The position numbers and the translations under genes are program-made. The notes below the pieces were generated by a model. The model saw nothing but the letters and a program-made list of their open reading frames with translations, was not told the DNA's origin and made no database searches. Below, piece by piece: positions 26,140-35,600 of a stretch of 64,000 bases of DNA (positions are counted from its first letter, which is position 1; the number at the start of each line of letters is the position of its first letter). The DNA comes from Candidatus Peregrinibacteria bacterium (lineage in GTDB: Bacteria; Patescibacteriota; Gracilibacteria; Peribacterales; Peribacteraceae), in contig JBDRKJ010000012.1 in NCBI GenBank assembly GCA_043814035.1, forward strand, positions 4,028 through 68,027. The letters run 5' to 3'.

Positions 26140-26796
26140 CTAGCGCTCCGGCCGCAGCAGCAGCCAGATTCCGGCGTAGCTTAAGGGGGTGTAGAGCACG
26201 CCCATGCCGAACTTGAAGAGCCACCAGGGAATCGCCATAAGCACGATCACCTTGAGCGGATACACACCGATGAAAGCGATAGAAAACCAGATTGTGGTAT
26301 CAATGAGCTGCCCCCACAGATTCGAGAGGTTGGATCGCAGCCAGAAATACTTGCCTCCGAATTTCGCTTTGAGAAAGAAGAACGAGAAGACGTCCTGATA
26401 TTCCCCAACGATGAACGCGATCAGCGAGGCGAAGGTGAAGCGTAGGGAGAGACCGAAAATCTGGTTGTAGGCGTCGGGCATGCGGAACTCTGCGGAAGTA
26501 GGCATGACGTTACTGAGCGCATTGAAGAGGAGGAAGACCACGAGGCTGAGAAATCCCATTCGCACGAAGGCGCGCGCATGGGCTTTGCCGTAGACCTCGC
26601 CCACAACATCCGTCATGAGGAAGACTAATGGAAACGCGAAGATTGCGGTCGAGAGATGCGTGCCGAAGATGAACGGCATGATCTTGATGCCAACGGTATT
26701 CGAGACGAAGAGGGCAGTGAGATAGAGCGTGAGCGCGAGGACGATTTTGCGGTCGAAGACAAGGCGCCCAGAAGTCGACGGAGAAACAGGATCCAT
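26140..26796 (-). CDS. yhhQ: queuosine-precursor transporter (YhhQ/VUT family)
   Basis: Six-TM protein with FPLVFLMTDVVGEVYG and GQLIDTTIWFSIAFIG, characteristic of the YhhQ family. Confidence 0.82.
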   Translation of the reverse strand: MDPVSPSTSGRLVFDRKIVLALTLYLTALFVSNTVGIKIMPFIFGTHLSTAIFAFPLVFLMTDVVGEVYGKAHARAFVRMGFLSLVVFLLFNALSNVMPTSAEFRMPDAYNQIFGLSLRFTFASLIAFIVGEYQDVFSFFFLKAKFGGKYFWLRSNLSNLWGQLIDTTIWFSIAFIGVYPLKVIVLMAIPWWLFKFGMGVLYTPLSYAGIWLLLRPER

Positions 26797-26823
26797 GGAG
26801 CTGTAGGAAGGAAAATAAGTGCG

Positions 26824-28470
26824 TTATGAGACAGCAGCCTTCATGAACGCTGCGAAGAGCGGATGCGGACGGTGCGGACGGCTCTGGAACTCGGGATGGA
26901 ACTGCGATCCGAGCATGAAGGGATGACCCTTCACCTCCACGATCTCCATGATCCCCTGCTCCTCCCACTCACCGGAGAACACGAGACCCTTCTCTTCGAG
27001 CTTCTTGCGAAGCGCATTGTTGAACTCGTAGCGGTGGCGGTGGCGCTCCGAAATTTCTTTCACGCCATAGGCCTCGAACGCCTTCGTGCCCTCTTTGAGC
27101 GTGCACTTGTACGCTCCGAGACGCAGCGTTCCTCCCTTGGACCGGCCGGCATGCTGACCGGGAAGGAAGTGCACCACATACTTCGACTTGGGCAGCTTGC
27201 CCGCTTCGTCGAATTCCTCGCTTGTGAGCGCAGGATCTTTGAGCATGGAACGTGCAAACTCAATAGCGAGGATCTGCGAGCCTAAGCAGAGCCCGAGGTA
27301 CGGCACCTTCTTCACGCGCGCGTAGTGCGCCGCGGCAATCTTGCCTTCGATGCCACGAAGTCCAAAACCTCCCGGAATCACCAATCCCTTGCAGGATTCG
27401 AGCTTCTTCCACTCTTCGGCGTGTGCCTTCTGTTCCTCGGCGCTGGCACTCGAGGCAGGCTTTTCGAGTAGTGTGGAATCAACCCAGACGACCTCTGCCT
27501 TGTGCCCTGCATGTACTGCGGCCGCCTTGATTGCCTCGATGACGGAGAGATAGGCATCTTCGAGATCCGTGTACTTGCCCACAAGCGCGATCGGCACCGC
27601 CTTCTCTGCAGCGGCATAGCGCTCACGACCACGCTCCCACTCAGACATATCGGGCGAGAGCTCGCCAAGCGCGAGTTCCTCACCAATGATGCGCGCGATA
27701 TTGTACTTCTGAAAATTGAGCGGCACATCGTAGATGGAATTCACCGTGAGTGCCGGAATGACCGCCTCCTCGCGTACATCGCAGAAACGTGCGATCTTTT
27801 TAAGGAGCTCCGGCGCGATACGATAGTCCGCGCGCGCCAGAATCATGTCAGGCTGGAGTCCATGACGACGAAGCTCGTTCACAGAGTGCTGTGTGGGCTT
27901 GGTCTTGAGTTCTTTGGATCCTTTAAGATATGGCAGCAGCGTGAGGTGTATATGGAGAATCCGCCCAGAACCAAGCTCAGACTTGAGTTGGCGTACAGCT
28001 TCGAGAAACGGCGCTCCCTCAATATCGCCAACCGTTCCACCAATTTCGACCATCATAATTTCTGCTTCACTCCCTTCCGCCGCAGCAATAACTCTCTGCT
28101 TGATCGTATCAGTGATGTGCGGCACCACCTGAATTGTTCCGCCAAGAAAATCCCCCTTGCGCTCTCTGCCAAGCACATTGAGATACACTTGCCCCGTCGT
28201 GACCGAAGAAAGCCGACTCATCGGTTCATCGATGAACCGCTCGTAGTGCCCCAGATCCAGATCCGTTTCTGCACCGTCATCGGTGACGAAGACTTCGCCG
28301 TGTTGGAAGGGACTCATCGTACCGGGATCCACATTGAGATACGGATCGAGCTTCTGTACGAACACCTTGTATCCACATGCCTTCATGATCGCTCCGATAG
28401 AAGAAGCGGCGATCCCCTTTCCAAGCGAGCTACAGACTCCTCCAGTCACAATGATAAAACGGGTCTCCAT
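26824..28470 (-). CDS. pyrG: CTP synthase
   Basis: FIIVTGGVCSSLGKGI, the ALS domain, and a GATase (GLCLGSQ, QFHPEF). I chose the ATG at 28470 (METRFIIV). Confidence 0.97.
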   Translation of the reverse strand: METRFIIVTGGVCSSLGKGIAASSIGAIMKACGYKVFVQKLDPYLNVDPGTMSPFQHGEVFVTDDGAETDLDLGHYERFIDEPMSRLSSVTTGQVYLNVLGRERKGDFLGGTIQVVPHITDTIKQRVIAAAEGSEAEIMMVEIGGTVGDIEGAPFLEAVRQLKSELGSGRILHIHLTLLPYLKGSKELKTKPTQHSVNELRRHGLQPDMILARADYRIAPELLKKIARFCDVREEAVIPALTVNSIYDVPLNFQKYNIARIIGEELALGELSPDMSEWERGRERYAAAEKAVPIALVGKYTDLEDAYLSVIEAIKAAAVHAGHKAEVVWVDSTLLEKPASSASAEEQKAHAEEWKKLESCKGLVIPGGFGLRGIEGKIAAAHYARVKKVPYLGLCLGSQILAIEFARSMLKDPALTSEEFDEAGKLPKSKYVVHFLPGQHAGRSKGGTLRLGAYKCTLKEGTKAFEAYGVKEISERHRHRYEFNNALRKKLEEKGLVFSGEWEEQGIMEIVEVKGHPFMLGSQFHPEFQSRPHRPHPLFAAFMKAAVS

Positions 28471-28634
28471 GCGCTTCTTCTTAGGGGAAGACTGGGGAGA
28501 AACCGGTAGTGGGGAACCTTTCGGTGGAATCATACAAAAAGTGGGCAATCCTTCCGGTGAACGGGGGAGGAGCCCGCCTGATATACTACTCTTTGGCGGT
28601 ATTTGAGCAAGTACATTAATTCAAAATTACTTGG

Positions 28635-28662
28635 TTGACCGCGCAGAGAACGTCCATATGAT
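28635..28662 (+). promoter_or_regulatory. near-consensus plus-strand promoter with no downstream plus-strand CDS
   Basis: TTGACC (28635-28640), 16-nt spacer, TATGAT (28657-28662). Confidence 0.4.
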
Positions 28663-28699
28663 CGCTCTTATGGAAGGGTTCTTTCTCCTTCCAGATACC

Positions 28700-28760
28700 A
28701 AGGGTTCCTAGGCACCGGCTCTCATCAGATTCATCTGATTCACCTCGCCTAGGAACCCTT
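28700..28760. repeat. perfect 14-bp inverted repeat enclosing a second palindrome
   Basis: aagggttcctaggc (28700-28713) pairs with gcctaggaaccctt (28747-28760). The inner sequence is atcagattcatctgat. Confidence 0.8.
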
Positions 28761-28763
28761 TCT

Positions 28764-28798
28764 CAAGAAAATAAAACACCGCCCTTGCGGACGGTGTC
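28764..28798 (-). terminator. intrinsic terminator of the 28822..29283 gene
   Basis: Minus strand acaccg-tccgcaaggg-cggtgt followed by tttattttctt. Confidence 0.7.
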
Positions 28799-28821
28799 TT
28801 GGACATCGTGCGAAAATCGCC

Positions 28822-29283
28822 TTACTGACCACCAGTTGTCAGATGGTTGGCGCGCTCCGTCATTTCGACGAGCGTGCGGCGCGTTACTTTCTGGAACGCA
28901 GAGTCAGAACCACCGGTCTGCACCAGTGAGGGAGGCAGAACGAGCATAGACTCGGCATTGTCGATGATACTGCGTCGGCTGGGGCGCTGCCCTTGCGTGC
29001 TCTGCATACGTGCACCGCGCAGTGTACTAATACGAGTGGTAATGCGGGAACGCCGCAGGAGAGAACGACCGGTATCATCTTTCATCGCATCCTGACGCTC
29101 GCGAAGACGGAGCCCGGTCCGCACTCCCTCTATGGGCACACGCTGTTCAGCCCTAGTCTGAACTTCAAGCAGACGACGCGAGATACGATTAGTCACGGCA
29201 CCTGCATTCATCCTGGCCATGGCTGGCATCGCTACAGAGAGCAGAATTGCTACGGAAGCGGAGATCGAAATTGCACGTTTCAT
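28822..29283 (-). CDS. secreted hypothetical protein (153 aa)
   Basis: The internal ATG at 29283 gives the signal peptide MKRAISISASVAILLSVAMPAMA. The mature part is Arg-rich with no known motif. Confidence 0.5.
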   Translation of the reverse strand: MKRAISISASVAILLSVAMPAMARMNAGAVTNRISRRLLEVQTRAEQRVPIEGVRTGLRLRERQDAMKDDTGRSLLRRSRITTRISTLRGARMQSTQGQRPSRRSIIDNAESMLVLPPSLVQTGGSDSAFQKVTRRTLVEMTERANHLTTGGQ

Positions 29284-29436
29284 AGTGACGTATGGAAAAG
29301 AATCAAAAGACGATCTCAGCGTACTGGGGGGATACGCCAAGTCAATCGGAAAGGGTGTTGTCTCCTGATCAATGCACAACAACAACACAATTCAACAGAC
29401 TGGCAAAAAGTAGGTAACAGAATAAAACACGCACGA

Positions 29437-29847
29437 TTACATCAATTTTCTCACCTTCGTCTTCATCCGGCGCGCAGTGCGCTTCGCCTTGCCCGCCGCT
29501 TTCTTCGCCACCTTGCGTGCGGTGGAACCTGCTCCCTGAGCAGCATCCGAGGCGGCTTCTTCGGCGCGATTGACAAGTTTCCCCAGCTCTTTTCGTGCAG
29601 TTTCGAGTGTATCTTGAGCGTAGATCTTGGCCTTTTTCAAATTCTGCTGCACATCGTCACTCTCGAGGAACTCCTGTGCCTGCGCCGCAATCTTCTTACC
29701 GTCACGCTGCAGGTGTTTACCGAGCAATCGTGCAGCGGTTTCTGCATCTTTGGCTTCTGCAAGATCTTTGCGCAACTTCTTGTTGCTGAAGAGATACCCC
29801 GCCATTGCGCCGCCAAGTGTGCCGATGAGGAGAGAGAGTTTTTTCAT
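29437..29847 (-). CDS. YtxH-domain protein
   Basis: MKKLSLLIGTLGGAMAGYLFS followed by a long Lys/Ala-rich helix, the typical YtxH architecture. Confidence 0.7.
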   Translation of the reverse strand: MKKLSLLIGTLGGAMAGYLFSNKKLRKDLAEAKDAETAARLLGKHLQRDGKKIAAQAQEFLESDDVQQNLKKAKIYAQDTLETARKELGKLVNRAEEAASDAAQGAGSTARKVAKKAAGKAKRTARRMKTKVRKLM

Positions 29848-29920
29848 AAACGAGAGAGGGAACCGAAGTACCGAGTATACAGTATGAGTATACAGGATGG
29901 CGAGAGATGACACGCAAACA

Positions 29921-31204
29921 CTACCCCAGCACCTTCGTCGTCGGGCGCACTTCTACGTTCCCCGAGCTGCGATCCTTCACTTCGACTCCCCCTGCCTTCA
30001 GGCTCTTGAGTGAAACAATGACACGCGTGGGAATACCAAGAAGATCGGCATCGTTGAGCCGTGAACCGACTGATGCATCTATGCGATCATCGAGTAGGCA
30101 GGCAACTCCCTTCTCCTGCAACGAACGATAGAGCTCCTGTGCGACAGTGAACGGCTCTTCGTCAGTGTGTTTAGCCAGCGGAACAATGAGAACACGTGCC
30201 GGTGCAATGTCTGCCGGCCACACGAGCCCGTCTTTATCGGCAAACGCCTCTGCAATGATACCCATAAGGCGCGAGATACCGATGCCGTAGCATCCCATGA
30301 GAATGGGGTGCACCGTGCCTTTCTCATCGGTGTACACGAGCTTGAATGGATCAGAGAACTTCGTGCCCAACTTGAAGATATTGGCAGCTTCGCTGGCACG
30401 CTCTTCGCGGAACTCTTTGCCATCAGTCACAGGGCACGTGGTTTTCTTGGGATCGTAGATCTCGTGATTCACCGCAATACGCTTACCCTGCTTCTCGGCT
30501 TCGACGCTCACGAAGATGGTATCTTCACCCTGTGGCAGAAGCACTTGGTACTCATGGGAATACGGTGAGAAGGAACCACCGGAGGCGTAGGTGAGGTACG
30601 TGCGATCGGCCAGCCCAAGTCGCTCAAAGATCTTGTCGTACGCACCTTGCACTTTTTCGTAGTAACGATCGAGGCAGGCGGCATCAGGATGGAAGGAGTA
30701 GAGATCCTTCATGAGGAATTCCTTGCCCCGAAGAATGCCGGATTTTGCTCTCAGCTCATTACGAAACTTCGTCTGAATTTGGTAGCAACCGAAAGGTAAA
30801 TCGCGATAGGAATGGATGAAGCGTTGCACAAGCGGCACCACGACTTCCTCGTGCGTGGGATTGAGTGCGTACTCCTGCTCCCCGGCGGCCGGTACGTGAA
30901 AGAGAGGCTCGAAGGCCTTCTTATCCCACCGGCCGGTCTTCTCCCAATACTCACGTGGAGCGAGCGCCGACATCACGATCTCCTGCCCACCGATGTCATC
31001 CATCTCTTCGCGAACGACCTGCTCGATCTTGCGTAGAACCTTGAGGCCCAGCGGAAGAAAGGAATACACACCAGCCATGGTCTTACTGATGTACCCCGCA
31101 CGCGTGAGTAGCTCCGCATTGACGCTTTTGGCATCGGCTACGGCATCCTTGGAGGTCTTGGTGAAAAGGTGAGAGAGAAGCATAGGAAGACGGAACGGGA
31201 TCAT
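29921..31204 (-). CDS. proS: proline--tRNA ligase (short form without INS editing domain)
   Basis: LLTRAGYISKTMAGVYSFLPLGLKVLRKIE, class-II motifs (FRNELR, GCYGIGISRL) and a C-terminal anticodon-binding domain. Confidence 0.92.
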   Translation of the reverse strand: MIPFRLPMLLSHLFTKTSKDAVADAKSVNAELLTRAGYISKTMAGVYSFLPLGLKVLRKIEQVVREEMDDIGGQEIVMSALAPREYWEKTGRWDKKAFEPLFHVPAAGEQEYALNPTHEEVVVPLVQRFIHSYRDLPFGCYQIQTKFRNELRAKSGILRGKEFLMKDLYSFHPDAACLDRYYEKVQGAYDKIFERLGLADRTYLTYASGGSFSPYSHEYQVLLPQGEDTIFVSVEAEKQGKRIAVNHEIYDPKKTTCPVTDGKEFREERASEAANIFKLGTKFSDPFKLVYTDEKGTVHPILMGCYGIGISRLMGIIAEAFADKDGLVWPADIAPARVLIVPLAKHTDEEPFTVAQELYRSLQEKGVACLLDDRIDASVGSRLNDADLLGIPTRVIVSLKSLKAGGVEVKDRSSGNVEVRPTTKVLG

Positions 31205-31237
31205 CTTACACTAGAGAGCTACCTCTAAAAGAAGTCA

Positions 31238-31699
31238 TTAGCTTAACCAAATTCCAATGACCGTCACCACAGCACCAAAGGTAATACCGGCAAATACTTC
31301 CGTAAAAGAATGCCCCAAGGTCTCTTTCAGCCTGTGAAAGTGCTGCAGCACATTGAGCACGCGTGCCTGTTCACCCAGTACGGCCCGCACGCCAATGGCG
31401 TCGTACCAGACAACGCAGGCGAAGACGACCGCAATTGCGAACTCCACGGAGTCCGCTCCTGTTTTGCGACCGACCACAATGAGGAGTGAAGTGACGAAAG
31501 CCGAGTGCGTACTGGGCATGCCACCCTGCTGAAAGAGATGTCTCTGCCCGGTGCCATGGAACTCATCGACAACGTACTTCACGATCTCTGTCAGCACGAG
31601 CACGACAAGAGGAATGAGGAAGAGGTACGTGTGCAGAAGATCCGAGAGAGAGGTCATGACGAAGAGTATAGCGTCAAGATGAAGGGACGGGAGATACAT
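31238..31699 (-). CDS. divergent PAP2-family membrane protein (YuiD-like)
   Basis: GGMPSTHSAFVTSL....WYDAIGVR matches the divergent-PAP2 (DUF212) signature. Confidence 0.8.
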   Translation of the reverse strand: MYLPSLHLDAILFVMTSLSDLLHTYLFLIPLVVLVLTEIVKYVVDEFHGTGQRHLFQQGGMPSTHSAFVTSLLIVVGRKTGADSVEFAIAVVFACVVWYDAIGVRAVLGEQARVLNVLQHFHRLKETLGHSFTEVFAGITFGAVVTVIGIWLS

Positions 31700-31815
31700 T
31701 TTTGTGACTGGTTGGCTCGTTACTCGTTACTCGATTGAGCAGAAGGCAAACAAATAACGAGCAACCAGCCAACGAGCAACAGGTACCCCATCCCCAATAT
31801 TCCAATCCCTCATCC

Positions 31816-32631
31816 CTAAACAGCAGCTACATCACACACTCCTCGGTACGGACACCACTTACACGCCGAGGCACTGGGTGTTGGCCGATAATCCTTCGCT
31901 GTCATGCGCTCGTGAATGAGCTTGATCTGTGTGCGTGCATCTTTGAGCTGAGAAGCTGATCGCATCGTGGCCCGCTCCACTACACCTTCATCAGAGAGAA
32001 AGAGCAGAAGAAGCTCGGTGCACGGTTTATCGAAGAGCTGCTCACTTGCGAGGGCATAGAGCGAGAGCTGTAGATCGGCATCGGCCTCCGCTTCTGTACA
32101 AGGGGCCGACGTCTTGAAATCCACGATCCGCACGCCCTGCTCAGCCTGTTCAATGCGATCAAGTCTGCCCGTGATCGTCGTGCCATCCACTTCTATCGAA
32201 AAACCTTTCTCGACAGCGATGATGTTCTGAGGAGAAGCCACCCACCATCCAAAGAATTGGCGCAGAAGTTCCTCTCCTCTCTTACGCGCAAAATCTGCCT
32301 CCAACCGTGTTTTGTACGTATCGAAGACGAAGCAATCGTGCCAGATTTCGAGGAGCTTCTCTTCTGAAAGAGAAGGTTCCTGAGGCACAGCCTGCTCAAC
32401 GAACAAACCCAGCTGATCCCCCCGCACCCCTTCTTTTTTTTGCTTTCTACGCCCTACGCCCAACTCCCTACCCCCTAATTCCAATTCCCCCCATCGCTTG
32501 AGCGCGTTGTGCACACTCCCGCCAAAACTCTCACCTTCCGAAATGCCCCACGGAATTTTTTTGACGTGCGAAAATTCGAACTGACGGGGACACGTGCGAT
32601 AGCGGCGCAGCTGGGAATACGAGAGGGGCAC
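31816..32631 (-). CDS. PD-(D/E)XK nuclease, Cas4/RecB-like with four-Cys Fe-S cluster signature
   Basis: N-terminal Cys (YRTCPRQF), GRLDRIE, IVDFKTS, QLSLYAL, and C-terminal CKWCPYRGVC (C-x2-C-x5-C). GTG start 19 nt after the giant ORF stop. Confidence 0.8.
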   Translation of the reverse strand: MPLSYSQLRRYRTCPRQFEFSHVKKIPWGISEGESFGGSVHNALKRWGELELGGRELGVGRRKQKKEGVRGDQLGLFVEQAVPQEPSLSEEKLLEIWHDCFVFDTYKTRLEADFARKRGEELLRQFFGWWVASPQNIIAVEKGFSIEVDGTTITGRLDRIEQAEQGVRIVDFKTSAPCTEAEADADLQLSLYALASEQLFDKPCTELLLLFLSDEGVVERATMRSASQLKDARTQIKLIHERMTAKDYRPTPSASACKWCPYRGVCDVAAV

Positions 32632-32650
32632 GACGGCAGTTTACATCATC

Positions 32651-35600
32651 TCACTGCGAAGGCTCCTTTCCATGATTGATGGCATCGAGATCCTCAAGCA
32701 GACGATTGTATGCACCCGAACCGCCATACATATTGCAACAGAATGCCGCAGGGTCTTGCAGATCAGAAAGGCTGCCCAAATCAGCAAGCCATTTCCCCTG
32801 CTCCTCATCAAAGGTGATATAAAGATACTTGTTGATCCACGTGCCATACTCCTTCGTGTAGTAATGCCCATTCACATTCGCATTGATTCTGCGCATCAGG
32901 GCTTCTCCCGCCTCAATTTTGGGACGATATTTCTCTGACACCTGATCACGCGGTGTAAACCCGTACCCGAGACGCTCCTTATCCTCCGTCGACATGCTCT
33001 GCCACGTTGATGCAGGATCCGCCAGCAGGCGCTCGACTTCCCGCTGCGCATCCTGCAGGACCTCCTGGAACTCCCATACGCCCTGATCACGCGGAGCTTT
33101 AGCATCAGACATAAGCTGTCGCGTGAGCGTACTGCCCTTTTCTCTAGCCAGTGTTTTCACTTGTTCCATCGCATACATGCGCACGATGCGAGGAGAATCC
33201 CCATCGAGTCCGCCCTTGATGTTATCTTCTGCGGAACGCATGCAATAATTGACGTAAGTCTGCTTTGCGTTAGAGAGAACGGTAGAGGCAATCACCTGCT
33301 CGACCTGGTGATACTGAGCCTTACGCTGCTGCGGACTCTGCATCGCCAAATACACAGATAAACCTCCATAGAGCTCATCGGTCTGCTTGCGACGCAGATA
33401 CTTCTGATAGAGCTGTGCCTGCTTCATCAAATCGGTCTCATCGAGAATCTCACCCAATTGCGCTGCGATCCCGCGGGCAGCCGGATCGGTGGAGCGCTGC
33501 AATTCTGCACGGCGTTTCTCGAGGACTGGCCTGTCCTTAGCAAGGAGACCTGCGGCTTCGGATTCCTCGAGGAGATCGGTGATATTGCCGTACGATTTGA
33601 TGGCATGCGCGGCATCCTGACGGCGCGAGAGGATGTACTCTACTTTGGCTTCCACATACCGATCAAGTTCCTGCTGATACTGTTTCACTTCCGTGGGATA
33701 GAGATCCCGAGGTTGGCCATCATCTCCTGTGACTACCTCAGGAATAGTGACAGTGGTGGTATGCGCGACGACGGCTCTGATCTTCTTTCGATCAACCTCC
33801 TGGATGCGCCGAAAAAGATCTTTAATCTGCTCCTCTCTGCCACCAGAAACCAGTGTGTAGAGTTCGGATCCCTGCTGCCAGACATGCGCTCCAGGAACAG
33901 CCAGCGTCCAAAGCGACATATTCGAGAGTTCCCATGCGTGCCCCGTACGCTCGCCAAAACTATACGTGCGGACATCCGTGAGAAGCGCGATGATATCGAA
34001 TTCCTTGTGCCAATCTTCCGCCGTGCGTTCCTGGGCCTCCTTCCACTTATGTCCTTCGTACGCACCATAGATAACTGCCGAAACCGGAAGCGTTGCAAGA
34101 ACAAGCGGCAGCGCTACCGTACCACCGACACCCACGATCAGACAGCCACCGGCGATAAACCCTACACCAGAAACACCCAGCTGGGCTGCCTGGTAGTAGT
34201 AGCGTTGCTCGGTAAGTCTGATCACCTCCGGACTAACATTCTTCTGCTTCTGCTGATCAATAATCTCAGCCGTTTCGATCATTTCGCACACGGTTCCGAA
34301 GATCACAGCCACATCAATGACCACTGGCGCAACCCGACCCGCTCCTTTCAGGACACGCATAACACGGGAAGTCTTCGAGAGTGCACTTACAAGATCACCA
34401 CCTCCATCAACTACTTTGAGTGCACGAGCAAATCCCTTCTCAGACTGCATGACGCGTCCAAGGAGGGCAGCATGTTCAGGGACATCCGCCGAGGCATTAA
34501 GTGTGCGCAAAAGTTTGGCAGGATCATCGACAGAATCCAGATGGCGGAAGAGTATCCGAGCAAATTCCGGCGATTCATCGAGTGCTTTCTGTAGATTGGT
34601 ATTCAGTGGAACGGTCTTGAGAAGGTTGCGCACTTTGTCGGAAGCCTTGAGGGCATCCAGTCGCTTGGCATTGGCCGCGGCCTGTTCGATTGCCTCACCC
34701 ACATCTCCGTGCTTATCCACAAAGCGCGCGGCAGCCTCAGGTGAAACGAGTTCATGAGCCGGGGTGGTGGTGCCGGGACCGACAGAACGCGTGCGTCCGG
34801 CACCGGGCATACGTTCAGCCTGCGCCGTGCCTGTGCCTGTAGTGCGAGCCGAAGCGGGCTGTGTCTGGGGGCCTCCTGCAGGAGTCGTGCTGCCACTACG
34901 TGGACCCTGCGCTGGGTTTCCTGACGGAGAAGTAGGAGCCTTTCCGCCCGGATTTTTCGGGGTAGCAGGACTCGTCTTTGGTCCTGTGGGATGTGGTGAA
35001 GGCGCACCTGCGCGAGACCGACACAAGCGCGCAGCATCTTTGTACGCTGCCTCAGCAGCCTCATCCCCTATTGGATCAGAGAGAAACATACGCACTCCAA
35101 AGTTTTTGCGGGAGAGTTGCCTCACCCGACTTTTCTTCAGCCTTGCGATAATTGTATCTTTAAGGCTCTTACGAACGGCTGCAATGCTTTCTGCACGATC
35201 CGGACGGGACACGTGGAGCTTCGCGGCAACGGTATCGAGCTCATCGAAAGTCGTTGCGGATTCCAGCATACCAACCCACTCCGGACGAATGGCCATGATC
35301 TTCTCTCCTTCCGCGGCTCTGGCGAAAATAGAGTTGAGACGACGACCCGCAAAATAGCCCCTGACTGTACCTTGTTCCGACATGAAATTCTTCACGAGTC
35401 GCACATCAAGCGCGCCGCGGTAAGCATTGCGCATCCAGAAATATTCAGCAACTCCTGGAGTCATATTCTTAAGCACGGACCACTTTCCACCCAGTTTGAA
35501 AACATAGCCACCTCCAACAGCAATCCGCTTCAATCGCGAAAAAGCAACAAACGGCAAAGACAGTAGCCCGGTATCTGCTATCCCTGTGAGAAGGCCGCTC

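Noticed and set aside
27502-28509. 335-aa plus-strand ORF, and similar long ORFs at 3234..4142, 5264..6064, 8037..8894, 25179..25766, 33458..34594, 35645..36379, 43413..44183, 44859..45491, 54999..55733 and 59225..59965
   Set aside because: All are antisense to, or frame-shifted over, genes with clear family motifs (pyrG, pnp, TrpE/G-like, rmuC, pyrD, the giant ORF, rplY/GT2, uvrC, ATPase, the PGT-like ORF). They have low-complexity Arg/His-rich translations, so I treat them as non-coding shadows.
28560-28820. Possible SRP (4.5S) or 6S RNA in the 350-bp pyrG spacer
   Set aside because: The conserved SRP domain-IV motifs (AGGUCAGGUCCGGAAGGAAGCAGC-like) are absent and there is no 6S-type central bubble architecture. 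I kept it only as a generic candidate sRNA or hairpin.
31816-32631. Cas4-like nuclease as evidence for a CRISPR-Cas locus
   Set aside because: No cas1/cas2, effector genes or repeat array lie within 64 kb. Stand-alone Cas4/RecB-family nucleases are common outside CRISPR loci, so I make no CRISPR call.
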